Source: an uncultured Candidatus Saccharibacteria bacterium (GTDB lineage Bacteria; Patescibacteriota; Minisyncoccia; Phycocordibacterales; UBA9973). From it: a stretch of DNA of 64,000 nucleotides. Below the pieces are notes generated by a model. It had not been told where the DNA came from, made no database searches, and saw nothing but the letters and a program-made list of their open reading frames with translations. The translations under genes and the position numbers were made by a program. This document shows, piece after piece, positions 19,109-30,800 of this stretch (within the stretch, counting starts at the first letter, position 1; each line of letters begins with the position of its first letter). The stretch covers positions 291,595-355,594 of the forward strand of contig CAZWAV010000001.1 of assembly GCA_964631935.1 (NCBI GenBank). The letters are read 5' to 3'.

Positions 19109-20224
19109 TTAGTATGTAGCAGTAGCGACGTACGTATGACTTGCAGTATATGTACCAGCTTCAGTCACAGGAGCAATGTTTGCCATGTAGCGAACAGAGT
19201 ATGTTGTGGTTGCTGATGGAGTAGTAGAAGAAGCAACTTGAGCAGGAGTTGATGCTGTTCCAGTGTATGCATAACCTGCTGCTGCGTATGGTGCAGTTAC
19301 TGAACCAGAACCTCCAGATGCAGTAAGTCTTATACCAAATTGTTCTGTACCAGGAGAAGATGCTGTGTTAGAAGCTAGAGCTGTTATAGTATTTGCTCCA
19401 GAAGTGAGAGTTGCGCCTTGGACAGTTATAATATATCCAGATGTTGCATTTGTTCCAGCTGTCATATTGAAAGCTTCTGTTTCTGCTGTTGTTGGACATG
19501 TTACAGCTCCAGGATCAGTACCTTGAGCGAAACATATACCTGCTGTACGAAGATTACCGTAGAATATTGTATTGTCAGATATCGTAAATGAAATAGTAGG
19601 CTGAACAAGAGCATTAACTACCACAACATCGTCAGCAATTATTGGAATACCTATTGTACCTGTATCACCAAAAGCTCCAGATATAGCAAGCAATGTTGTT
19701 CCAGCTCCCCCATTTGTTATTTGGAAAGTACCAGTTCCACCTGTTGTGGCATTTGTTCCTATTCTAATTGTTATCACAGAGCCAGCAGCGATAGCTGTAC
19801 CTGAAGTCTGAGAATCAAATGTTATGACAGTTGAAGATGTTCTCACTACCTTATAAGTAGACGCTCCTGCAGTTCCGGCGAGAGTTATAGGAGCACCGTC
19901 ATCTTCTAGGTCAATATCAGCAAATGTAAGTCCTACTGGAATACTTGTTGAGTTATCAAAAGTTAGAACTATTGCACCAACAGTACTATTGGCTACACCT
20001 GTAGGAGTAGTAAATACTATAGTATGGTTGGCTACAGTTGATGCTTTTTCAGCATTAAATGCACCTGTAGCAGGTGAGAGTGTATCTTTGAGAGCTGTAA
20101 GAGCGGCAGCATTAGCGACCTTTATCACTTGTGGAGCAAATGATGTAAACATAACGAGGGTAATTATAACCAGGGCACTTGTTATCTTTGAAAACGAGGA
20201 TTTTTTCATTCTTAATATCTTCAT
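19109..20224 (-). CDS. Secreted Thr/Ser/Gly/Ala-rich beta-strand protein with a conserved C-terminal domain (paralog A)
   Basis: 371 aa. Signal peptide (..VANAAAL). Low-complexity TGT/GAT-rich body. The C-terminal ~140 aa are shared with the next gene (PTISFTISDN..FYGNL, EQFGIRLTASGGSGSVTAPYAAAGYA, TTYSVRYMANIAPVTEAGTYTASHTYVATATY). No Trp, so it is not a WxL domain. Confidence 0.6.
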   Translation of the reverse strand: MKILRMKKSSFSKITSALVIITLVMFTSFAPQVIKVANAAALTALKDTLSPATGAFNAEKASTVANHTIVFTTPTGVANSTVGAIVLTFDNSTSIPVGLTFADIDLEDDGAPITLAGTAGASTYKVVRTSSTVITFDSQTSGTAIAAGSVITIRIGTNATTGGTGTFQITNGGAGTTLLAISGAFGDTGTIGIPIIADDVVVVNALVQPTISFTISDNTIFYGNLRTAGICFAQGTDPGAVTCPTTAETEAFNMTAGTNATSGYIITVQGATLTSGANTITALASNTASSPGTEQFGIRLTASGGSGSVTAPYAAAGYAYTGTASTPAQVASSTTPSATTTYSVRYMANIAPVTEAGTYTASHTYVATATY

Positions 20225-20330
20225 AATAAATTGCTAATAATTGATAATTGTATACATACTACTTTATGTGTTTATTTTAACATATTTAATAGGTAAAAGA
20301 TACGAAAATAATCACTCTGTGGATAACTTA

Positions 20331-21347
20331 CTAGAAGGTTCCTGTAACTATATAAGTGAGCATTGAAGTATATGTACCAGCAGCAGTGGTCGGGCTAATA
20401 TTACCTAAATACCTAACGGAATAAGTCGTTGTAGTGCCATCCCCTGCACCACTTGCTACCTGACTCGGGAACCCTGCTGTATCAAGAGCAAAACCAGATG
20501 CAGCATAAGGGGCAGTTACCGAACCAGAACCAGTTGCTACCATGCGTAAACCGAATTGCTTTGTTCCTATGCTTGGAGCTGTGTTTGTGTTTCCTATTGC
20601 TGTAATAGTATTTACTCCAGAGGTTAAAGTATTACCACTAACAGTTACGACATAACCACTTGTAGCATTTGTACTCGCAGAAATAGTATGAGCTTGGACT
20701 TCTGTAGCACTACCTGTACTAGTATCGGCATAACGCGACGCGCTAGAAGAAAGTGATCCGAAATTCACTGAATTTGTAGAAATAGAGAAACTAATAGAAG
20801 GAGTGAAAACTTTAGCACAAGCCTTTATTGTATAAGCACTACCATCACCCACATGTGCATTGTCTATTGATGACATTGAAAAAAGAGTCGTGTCATAACC
20901 GGTGCAGTTCGTGTTTTGATAACCAGTAGTTATTATATCTCCAAAAGTTGTATCCGAAAGACAGACATTTGTACCATATGTATTTACACTACTCTGCTGT
21001 GTTGTGCCATTGGTTGAGCCTGAAATACGAGCAATACTTTTAAAATTACCAGAGCAAGAATTTCCTATAGCAGAAGCGCTCGAGCAACAAACTACATTAC
21101 TTGCGTAATTTGCATTTGATTGACTTGGTAATTCAGTGTGAGCGTTAGTAGAACCAGACATACGTAGGAGAACAACAGAGCCACCAGTACAAGCCGCCGC
21201 TGTAGTAACAGAGCAAGAAAGCGCCGCATATATTGTAGATATGGGATAGAAAAATAGAGCTGATAGTACTACGATAAGTAAGTACTTAGAAACTCTTGTC
21301 TTTGATTGGATCTGATGTAGTCTCAGGTGGTGTAGTATTTTGATCAT
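20331..21347 (-). CDS. Secreted Thr/Ser/Gly-rich, Cys-containing beta-strand protein with the same conserved C-terminal domain (paralog B)
   Basis: 338 aa. Signal peptide, then a Cys-rich N-terminal half (about 12 Cys). The C-terminal block KQFGLRMVATGSGSVTAPYAASGFA...TTTYSVRYLGNISPTTAAGTYTSMLTYIVTGTF is colinear with paralog A. The 62-nt overlap with the upstream gene suggests the start may be downstream or non-ATG. Confidence 0.6.
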   Translation of the reverse strand: MIKILHHLRLHQIQSKTRVSKYLLIVVLSALFFYPISTIYAALSCSVTTAAACTGGSVVLLRMSGSTNAHTELPSQSNANYASNVVCCSSASAIGNSCSGNFKSIARISGSTNGTTQQSSVNTYGTNVCLSDTTFGDIITTGYQNTNCTGYDTTLFSMSSIDNAHVGDGSAYTIKACAKVFTPSISFSISTNSVNFGSLSSSASRYADTSTGSATEVQAHTISASTNATSGYVVTVSGNTLTSGVNTITAIGNTNTAPSIGTKQFGLRMVATGSGSVTAPYAASGFALDTAGFPSQVASGAGDGTTTTYSVRYLGNISPTTAAGTYTSMLTYIVTGTF

Positions 21348-21750
21348 TTGTAGGATTACTTATAGGCGCAGTTTCTATAATTTTATCTATACTAGGACGA
21401 TAAAGCACTGCGCGCCCTGCTTTACTAAAAATAAGAACCTTATCCCCTTTTTGAGATTGAGTAAAAAAAGATTGATTCTTGAGCGCTGTTGGATCAGAAA
21501 CAGTTGCGATAGTTGGTTCTTCACCAGTGGGTATCAAATATAATCTTGCAACTTTACCAAGTAAGTCTTTTGCTTCTTGTTTACTTTTATCATTTACAGC
21601 TATGTCTTTTTGTATGGTATGTAGTTTGTAATAGAAATACCCACTCAAACAAAGAGCAATGACTACAATTATCATCATAACAAGATTTATAAATTTTTGT
21701 TTAGTCATTGGAATTTTTAGTTTAGTTGTATCTATGTCTATAGATGTCAT
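21286..21750 (-). CDS. Small single-pass membrane protein
   Basis: 154 aa. N-terminal TM helix (LVMMIIVVIALCLSGYFYY), a periplasmic domain and a Pro/Thr-rich C-terminus. It lies between the giant gene and the TS-rich paralogs. Confidence 0.45.
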   Translation of the reverse strand: MTSIDIDTTKLKIPMTKQKFINLVMMIIVVIALCLSGYFYYKLHTIQKDIAVNDKSKQEAKDLLGKVARLYLIPTGEEPTIATVSDPTALKNQSFFTQSQKGDKVLIFSKAGRAVLYRPSIDKIIETAPISNPTNDQNTTPPETTSDPIKDKSF

Positions 21751-21816
21751 ATAAGGTATGAAGTCATTATAAGATAGATATACGATTTCAGCAATTGAAT
21801 ATTCAACGCGAAACTC

Positions 21817-24800
21817 TTATAGATATTTTCTGAAAATACTGAGACCAAAAGGTTCTGAAAATACGAGCATCCTTTTTATTTTATATAAAAATCCTATATC
21901 ACCACCAGAACCTCCGCCGCCTCCGCCTCCGCCAGTAGTAGGACAATTGCTATTAAACACCACAGAAGGAACAGTAGTATAGTTTGACCCACCATTATCT
22001 ACTGTCACGCTTGATACTGCGTCACCGGTCAAAACTGCTGTGCCTAAAGCACCTGACCCTCCGCCTCCACAGAATAATACCGTTGGAACAGATGTATAAC
22101 CACTACCACCAGAATTTATAGTTACACTCTGTACAATATTTGAAGAGACTACTGCTGTAGCGATTGCTGTAGTAGCTCCACCTCCACCAGAACCTCCGCC
22201 ACCGCCACCGCCTTGATCTCCATCTGGAGTAGCTGAAGATTCTATATTTCCACCACCACCACTTTTAGTGATAGTAATGAAAGACCAACACACGCCATTA
22301 TTACCATAATCATATATATTAGTACTCGCTCCTACAGTATTACCACCACTACATCCAGAATCTTTTACTTTTAAATAAGATATGGAGCTGGAGCCTGACA
22401 GTGTCATCAACCATTGAGAAGTCGGGGTGTCAGAATTTATTGAAATAGGATTTCCTTCAATTCCAGTCAAGGTTAATGTGTTTGCAAAAGTATAAGTATT
22501 ACCAGCTTTAAACTGCAAAGTTGAACCAGCCGTGGTGTTTGTTAGATTATAAAAAGTAGTATTTGAACTGCCTAAAATATTTGCAGTTAATGTAGAGTTA
22601 GTTGGTACAAAAGTTACCGTACCATTACTGTGTGTAAATGTGCCGCTATTACTAAAATCTCCATTAATGGTTAGACTTGTTGGTGCTACAAAAGTACCAT
22701 CTGAAATAGTTAAGTTTCCACCAATTGTCGTTACGCCAGTTAGGGTCAGGGTCCCGAGGCCAGCCTTAGTAAGTCCGCCAGCTGAGCCGACAGTACCAGC
22801 GATACTTACACTATTTCCATTTGTATCAATTGTGCCATTTCCAGTGAGTGTAACTGCACGAGTAGAAAGAGAGGTGATCGTTCCTGATGCCTGCAGAGTA
22901 CCACCGTTGAAAATTAGGGTATTAGTAGAAGTTCCATCACCAAGTGCAGCTGTAGCGTTGGCGACAATTGTTCCTCCAAGTATCATAGTAGGTCTACTGT
23001 AAGTGTTGGCTCCAGAGAGCGTCAGTGTGCCCGCCCCATCCTTAGTGAGGTTACCACTGGTAGTACTTATGATACCGGTGACCGATGTACTTCCAGCACC
23101 ACCAAAGATAGCGTTGAATGTATTTCCAGACATTGTTGGAAATGTTAGTGTTCCAGAATCAGAATTAATACGGACATTTGTTGTACCGAGTGTAACGTTT
23201 GCACTAATTGTATTCGAGTCAGCAACATTTCTAATCGCACCAGTATTATTAACACCAGTACCATTAGCTGTTATAAGTTTTGTGCTTGGTAAAGTAATAT
23301 TATTTTGTAATTCTAGTGTCGCCCCACCAGAAATAGTCGTAGTCAGTGAAGTTCCAGAAGCACCCAATGCGTTACTATGTTGAAGATTTAAATAGCCGGC
23401 GTTTAAAGCAATAGAGGTGCTCGTAAAACTATTGTCACCCGAGAGAATAACCCGACCAGCGGTATTTTTCGCCATTCCACCAGCTAACGCACTCCCTAGT
23501 ACTGCACTAATCGTCCCTTTTTCAAGAATGAATTGTTGTGTCGATGTAAGTGTTGCCGCTCCGCCAGTACTTACAATTGAGCCATCAATTAATGTAACCG
23601 TCGAAATATTTGTTTCATTAAATCCTTTTAAATCCAAGGTTCCACCAGCCACGCTTACAGTTGGCGTAGAGAGTGCATCAGCTATACCGTACGCAAGTGT
23701 CCCCTCGTTAATGCGCACTCCACCGGAAGCACCTGTGTTAGCGGCAGTGAGTGTAAGGGTACCCGCACCATATTTAGTTAACACTATACCAGCAGTACCC
23801 ATATTACCAGAGATAGTTGTCGGACCAGATCCGCCAACCCAAAAAGATGAAGCCCCAGAAACAGCGCCTGTAATTGTCAGTACCCCAGCTCCATTATTCA
23901 CAATACGGGAACTTGTTTGAGAAAGAGTAGCAAACGTACTACCTGTGGAAGAGTTACTAATCAATGCTCCCCCATTCAAAAGACCACTACCAGCGAGCGT
24001 CAAAGGCTCCCATGTCGAAGCTCCTCCAACACTATAAGTAGATAGGTCGAGCACTGCCCCAGCAGAAACAGTAACACCTCCAGCAATTGTACCAAAAGGG
24101 GTGTTCGTAGCGCCGCCGTTTGCTCCAAGCTGGAGTGTCCCTGTACTCACCGTCATTGCGCCAGTCATGGTGTTTTGCCCAGCCAAAATAAGAGTCCCCG
24201 AACCTTCTTTTGTGAGAGTACCAGAACCTGACCACACACTGTTTGTAGATTGAGTAAAATTACCCACCGCCACCACGGTAAGTGCGAAGTTCCCCGAAAT
24301 ATTACCAGTCAACGTCGTCATTCCAGTACCATGGTTAGCAATACGTGAAGCAGCACCTAGGGTGACAGCTCCAGTATATGATATTGAATTATTAGAACTA
24401 TTTATAAATGCACCTGTGTTTGCAATACCACTTCCGTTAATCGTGATGGGCTCAGCAGTACCAAGAGTAAAGCCATTCAAATCCAACATCGCACTACTTG
24501 CAACAGTGGTCGCTCCAGCAGTTGTGCCGAGTGGTGTGTTGGTTGCTCCACCGGCTGCGCCCAATCTTAGTAATCCGAAACTAACAGTGGTTACTCCAGT
24601 ATAGTTACTATCTCCCCAGATCTCCCATGTCCCTGCATCATTTTTAACAAGTGATCCCGCAGTTGATGTATTGACTTGAGTTTTAAGGACGCCATTTCCA
24701 AGACCTCTCAGTGTCAAAGCAAATCCAGTCCCTGTCATGCTTCCCGTGTTTGAAAGAGTCATAGTGCCATAGTTAGCAGTGATGGTCGCAGCCGCACCAA

Positions 24801-27800
24801 GAGTAATGAGCCCACTGTATGTGACGGCTGTTGATGATGTGTTCATGAGAGCCCCTTTCCCACCAACACCAGTACCACTAATAGTGAGTGCTTCAGCTGT
24901 ACCTAAGGTAAATCCATTTAGGTCAAGAGAGAATCCGCTTGCAACAGTAGTACCTGCAGCAGTTGTACCTAGTGGTGTATTGGTTGCTCCACCAGCAGCA
25001 CCCAGTCTTATCGTACCAGCACTAATTGTAGTTAATCCTGTATACGTATTACTACCAGCTAGTTCCAATACTCCAGCACCAGCTTTTCCAAAAGTAAATC
25101 CGCCACTTATCACTGCAGATATAACTGCGTCATTATCCATAAGTCCGTCACCAATAGTAAACGTTGCATTAGCTCCAAGACCCAAATTCCCTGTTATTAT
25201 TGAAGCAACATTGTTATTGGCAATCGTGGTAAATGTTCCATTGCCAGTAAGAGTACCTGCACCAGTAGCGATACTACCAGCGTTAATAGTAATGGTACCA
25301 ACCGTGTCAGAGTTGGCATTAAGGTTATACATACCTCCTACTATTGTTACCCCTCCACTAGAAATAACATTGCTTGCGCCAGCGGTAAGTGTTGCATTAT
25401 TAATAAATGTCGTACTTGTATAAAGGTTAGCAGCGCTAAGTGTGACATTGCCAGACCCACTTAATACAACTGACCCTGTTGTAGCCGTACCAATTACGGC
25501 AGAAATAGTTGAAGTATTTGTTGCTAAAATATCTAATTCAAGTGCACCAATACCGAGTGTTGTGTTTGCTCCAGCAATATTTGTGGCTGAGTTTATTAAA
25601 ATATTTCCTGCTAAAGAAGCCTGGGAAATCGTAATAGTAGCTGCACTTCCCGGGTTCGTTATAGCAAAACCGTTAAGTATAAGAGAGTTAATACTCACCG
25701 TACTTGCCGTAGTGTCAGCTGAGAGCTTTACGTTTGTATTTGTTGTTAGACTTGTAGAATATTCACCAGAGAAACCAGCACCATTGAGTAATCGAAGACC
25801 ATTGGTATTACCAAGGCTGTAAGTTACCATATCAGTACCTGTTCCACTTAAAGAATTGTCTCCAAAAGCACCTTTGATGACGCTTGCAGTAGTACTGTTG
25901 GCTGCTCCGGCAGCACCGGTCAATAAACCAGTTGAGGTAGTAAACATTAAAGTAGAAACATTGGCAGCAGGAGTAGAACCAAAGCTTGTACCACGGAAAA
26001 GTATCGTCGCTCCAGCGGTACGAGAGAAGGATGCGAAAGTCATCGTCGTTGATCCGCCAGCGCCAGGAGTGATGGTGACGACACTATGACCAGACGAAGG
26101 GGCAAGTGCACCTGTTGTTTCAGAAGAAGCCCCAGAAGCATTACCAATGAAGTTAAAGTTACCACCGTTGAGAGTTAGAGCGAGCGCATCACCAAGACGA
26201 CTTGCAACAGCTGTAGCACTATTATCTAGAGTTAATGTACCGCCTAAGTTTACTGTAATTGTAGTACTTACAGCTGAGCCTGATCCACTCAAAGTGAGTG
26301 TCCCCGCATTGATTGCTGTCCCACTACTAATAGTATTTGCGCCTGTCAACGTAACCGTATTGTTCGTATTTTTTGCGACTGGAATTGCTCCAGCCAAAAC
26401 TGCGCTAATTGTTCCACTTTCCAATGTATAGGAAGCTGCAGCGGTGAGTGTACCGTTTTGAATTGTTCCACCAACAAGAGTGACTGAACCGATAGTATCA
26501 GTACTTGCAGCCATATCAAATATTCCCCCAGCCACTGTTAAGTTTGTAGCTGCCAGCACCGTGACGTTACTCCCGTAAGCAAACGTCCCCGCATCAACTC
26601 TCGTTGCACCAGTATACGTCTCCGTCCCTGTTAGTGTCAGTGTACCGGAACCCTGCTTTGTTACCGTACCGGCACCAATACCAATAACACCAGTACTAAA
26701 CGCGATATTACTTGTCCCACTAAGATAGAGTGCAAAGGCCCCCGATGCTCCACCGGTGAATGTTACGAGTCCTGATCCAGAGTTTGCAATACGAGTGTCA
26801 GTCGCTTGAGTGATCGCACCACTATACGTGAGTGCACCACCGGAATTAACGATGGCTCCCCCATCACTTATTCCCCGTCCGTTCGTTGTTAGTGGTTCGG
26901 CAGCAGTCAATGTAAAGCCGTTCAAATCGAGTACTGCCCCACTCAGCACAGAAGTAGCTCCAGCAATAACACCAAGCGGGGTGTTTGTCGTACTCCCTGT
27001 CGCACCCATCTTAAGCGTTCCAACGTTAATACTCGTCGCGCCGGTAAAGGTACTCGCGCCAGAGAGTGTCCATGTTCCAGCACCAATCTTAGTAAGTGTT
27101 CCTCCAGTAGTACCGATGATACTAGAGAGTGTTCCGTTACCTGTTCCTCCTAATACTAGCCCGGTATTGGCTCCTGTTATAGTACCTGCAGCTGTTAGAT
27201 TAATAGTCCCTGAATCCGCCTTGATAGTAGTCGCAGAACCAAGTGTAATTAATCCACTATATGTCACAGTTGAACCAGAACTATTCATTAATGCGCCACT
27301 TGCAAAATCGCCGAGTCCGTAGCCGACACCGTTTAGTGTCAGTGGCTCCGCTATTCCAAGGCTGTATCCATTGAGATCAAGTCGTGCACCAGTAGCTACG
27401 GTTGTGATACCTGCAGTTGTACCAAGAGGTGAGTTTGTCCCACCAACAGAGACTGCACCAAGTTTTACAGTACCAACACTGATAGTAGTTGCCCCCGTAT
27501 ATGATGAGTTACCATTTGAAAGGGTAAGTGTACCTATTCCATCTTTAGTTAAAGTACTCGTACCAGACCTTACTCCTGAATACGTAATATCACTAAATCC
27601 TCCGAAGGTTAGTGCAAAGTTTCCAGATATATCACTACTGATTGTCATCGTCCCAGCATCAGCATTGATACGTGCTGCGGCGGTAAGTGTCAGAGCACCG
27701 CTGTACGTTGCAGGTGAAGCTGAACTATTCATGATTGCACCCATATTACTACCACCTGAAGCACCAAAACCTGTTCCAGCTAAAGATGTTATTGCTTCAG

Positions 27801-30800
27801 CCGTACCAAGAGTGTAGCCATTTAGATCTAATGCTCCTCCATTTGCAATAGTTGTTCCAGTACCAGTCGTACCCAGTGGTGTATTGGTTCCGCCCCCGGT
27901 TCCTCCAAGTTTTAAAATACCACTAGTGATAGTAGTTACTCCAGTGTAAGTATTGTCGCGAGTAAGAGTGACAACACTATCAGCTGCTGCACTTGTCGCA
28001 ATGCGTGTTACAGTAGCAGCTCCACCACCTAAGATTGCGCTAACTGTACCTTCACGTAAACTATAAGAAGTTCCAGAGAGTATTCCTGACGTTCCAGTTA
28101 TGGTTCCATTTTGCAACGTAACTGCTCCAACCGTATCAGAATTGCCAGCAATATCTAATGTTCCCCCTACTACCGTAACTCCCCCACTCGAAAGTACATT
28201 GCTTGCACCATATGTCAGTGTTGCATTATTGACTGCTGTTAAACCAGTAAAAGCGTTCGCCGCAGAAAGGGTGATATTCCCCGATCCACTGAGCGTTAGT
28301 GAGCCTGCTACGGCAGTTCCAATGACAGCAGAAATCGTTGAGTTTGCGGTTGCTAAAATATCAAGTTCGTTGGTTGTAATACCAATAGTGGTACTAGCCC
28401 CTGCGATATTATTTGCAGAGTTTATTAAAATATTTCCTGCCAGTGACGCTGATGCCATCGTGATAGTCGCACTTGCGTTTGTGATATCGTAGCCATTCAA
28501 TATGAGCGAGTTAATACTCACCGTACTTGCTGCAGTATCAGCGATGAGCTTTACGTTTGTATTTGTTGTTAACGTAGAAGAATACTCTCCAGAAAAACCA
28601 GTACTATTAAGTAATCGTAATCCGTTAGTGTTCCCTACGTTATACGTCACCATGTCAGTACCTGTACCACTCAAAGAGTTATCACCGAAGGCACCTTTGA
28701 TGACACTGATTGTTGAGGAGTTGGCTGCTCCGGCAGCACCAGTGAGTGTTGGAGCAGTTGTAAATAGTACAGTAGACACATTGGCGGCAGGAGGCGAACC
28801 AAGACTTGTACCCCTGAACAATACTGTCGCACCAGCAGTACGAGAAAGACTCGCAAACGTCATCGTCGTTGATCCTCCAGCGCCAGGAGTAACCGTGACG
28901 ACATTGTGACCAGACGCGGGAGTAAGGGCACCGGCTGTTTCGTATGCAGTACCAGAAGTGTTACCGATGAAGTTAAAGTTACCGCCGTTCATCGTGAGAG
29001 CTGCTGTATCACTAATACGGTTGAGAATTGTTGTGGATGTATTATCAAGTGTCAGAGTTCCACCACTACCTATCGTAATAGTCGAATTCGGTATAGCCCC
29101 CGCACTATTAAGTACAATCTCTCCTCGACTAAGGTTGGTAGCCCCCGTAAAGTTACTGAACCCTTCCATGGTTAATACTCCAGTATCATTTTTTGTGAGC
29201 GTCGCAGTAGTACCGTAGATAGGTGCAGTCTCCGTAAATGTTACGTTACCTGCACCACCGACAACAAGCCCTAAAGTTGTTGCTGATAAGCCTTTACTAT
29301 CAATAGTTAGCGTAGTACCCGTATCAGACTCAATCATATTTGCAGTACCACTAATTGTCAGCAGACCAGTTATAGTGTTGTCCCCAGTCATATTACGAAT
29401 TGCTCCAGTGTAGAGATGTCCTGTTCCAGAAAAGGTTATGTATTCAGGGACAGAGAGACCGCTCCCATCGATTTGTAGTGTCGCGCCGGAAGTTACCGTA
29501 GTGACACCATCGATAAGACCGAGGGCTGTACTGTCTTGAATTTTCAAGATACCAGCAGCAACACTAGTGTTACCAGTATAAAGATTTGGGCGTGTCAGAG
29601 TTACTGTTCCTAGAGTATTTTTGGTCAACGACGATCCGTCACCAGCGATAATAGCGCTGATTGTCCCTGCGTTGAGTGTCCAACTGACGGCTGATAGCAC
29701 CCCTGTAGTACCGGTGATTGTACCACTGGATAAATCAGTTGTACCGAGAGTTACCGTTCCTCCGAGCATGTCAGAGTACGAGGCGATATCAAGTGTGCCA
29801 GCATTAACAGTAACACTACTCGAAAGAAGAGCGTTATCAATACCATATAGAAGAATTCCTGCATTTATGAATGTTGTCCCAGTATAGGTATTGGGGAAAT
29901 TGTATTTGAGTGTACCAGAACCATTTTTGGTAACGGTACCAGAACCAATACCAATAGGTGCTGTTGTGTACGTGATATCGCCTGCACCATCAATGACAAG
30001 AGGAAATGCACCGCTCATACCGCCAGTAATGGTAAGTGTGCCTGAGTCTGAATCTATTTCAGCACCACCCGCAATCATAGTAATCAGTCCCCCAAATGTA
30101 TTGTTGTCACTAACGTTACGCAATGCGCCCCCATTAGAAACACCATAACCACGCAATGCCAATGCTTCATACCCGATGTTTATAGTCCCCTGTAACTCTA
30201 GCGCTGCACCACCGACAACTTCAGTACCATTAGTGGTAGACCCGTTAGTACCGAGCGCTCTATCGTTTTGAGCATTAACGACACCGACGTTAATTTTTAA
30301 AACTCCACCAAATGTATTTGCCCCAGAGAGCACGAGCTCCCCTGTTCCTTCTTTGTTGATACCACCAACACCTGCGATTCTCCCACTGATCGTCAATGTC
30401 TCTGCAGTATTGGTCACGACAATATCTCGAGTGACATCGAGACGAATATCTAATGCAATTGTATTTCCTCCGGATGCTACACTATCGGTGATTCCAGCAA
30501 GACCTGCTCCGAGTATAATCGGATTACCAGAAAGAGTATAACCACTCCCCGAAAAGGTAATAGAGTTGAAAATTGTGTTTTCAATAAAATCGTTGGTATT
30601 GGAAAGATTTGAAGCACCGTTTGGAAATACAAGATCGTCTCCTGTAACAGGAGCAGTGCCACCACTCCAGTTGCTCCCAACAGACCATGCAGTACTCGTT
30701 GTACCAGTCCAGGTTCTTGTTGCAGCTTCCGCTCTGTTTACATTCAGAGACAAGGAAAAAGCGATAGCAAAAAAGATTGCGAAAATTCGTATTGGATTTG

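Noticed and set aside
19109-21347. WxL-domain surface proteins, considered because of the DUF916-like neighbour
   Set aside because: Both proteins lack any Trp residue, so the defining WxL motifs are absent. They are reported instead as an unassigned conserved C-terminal domain.
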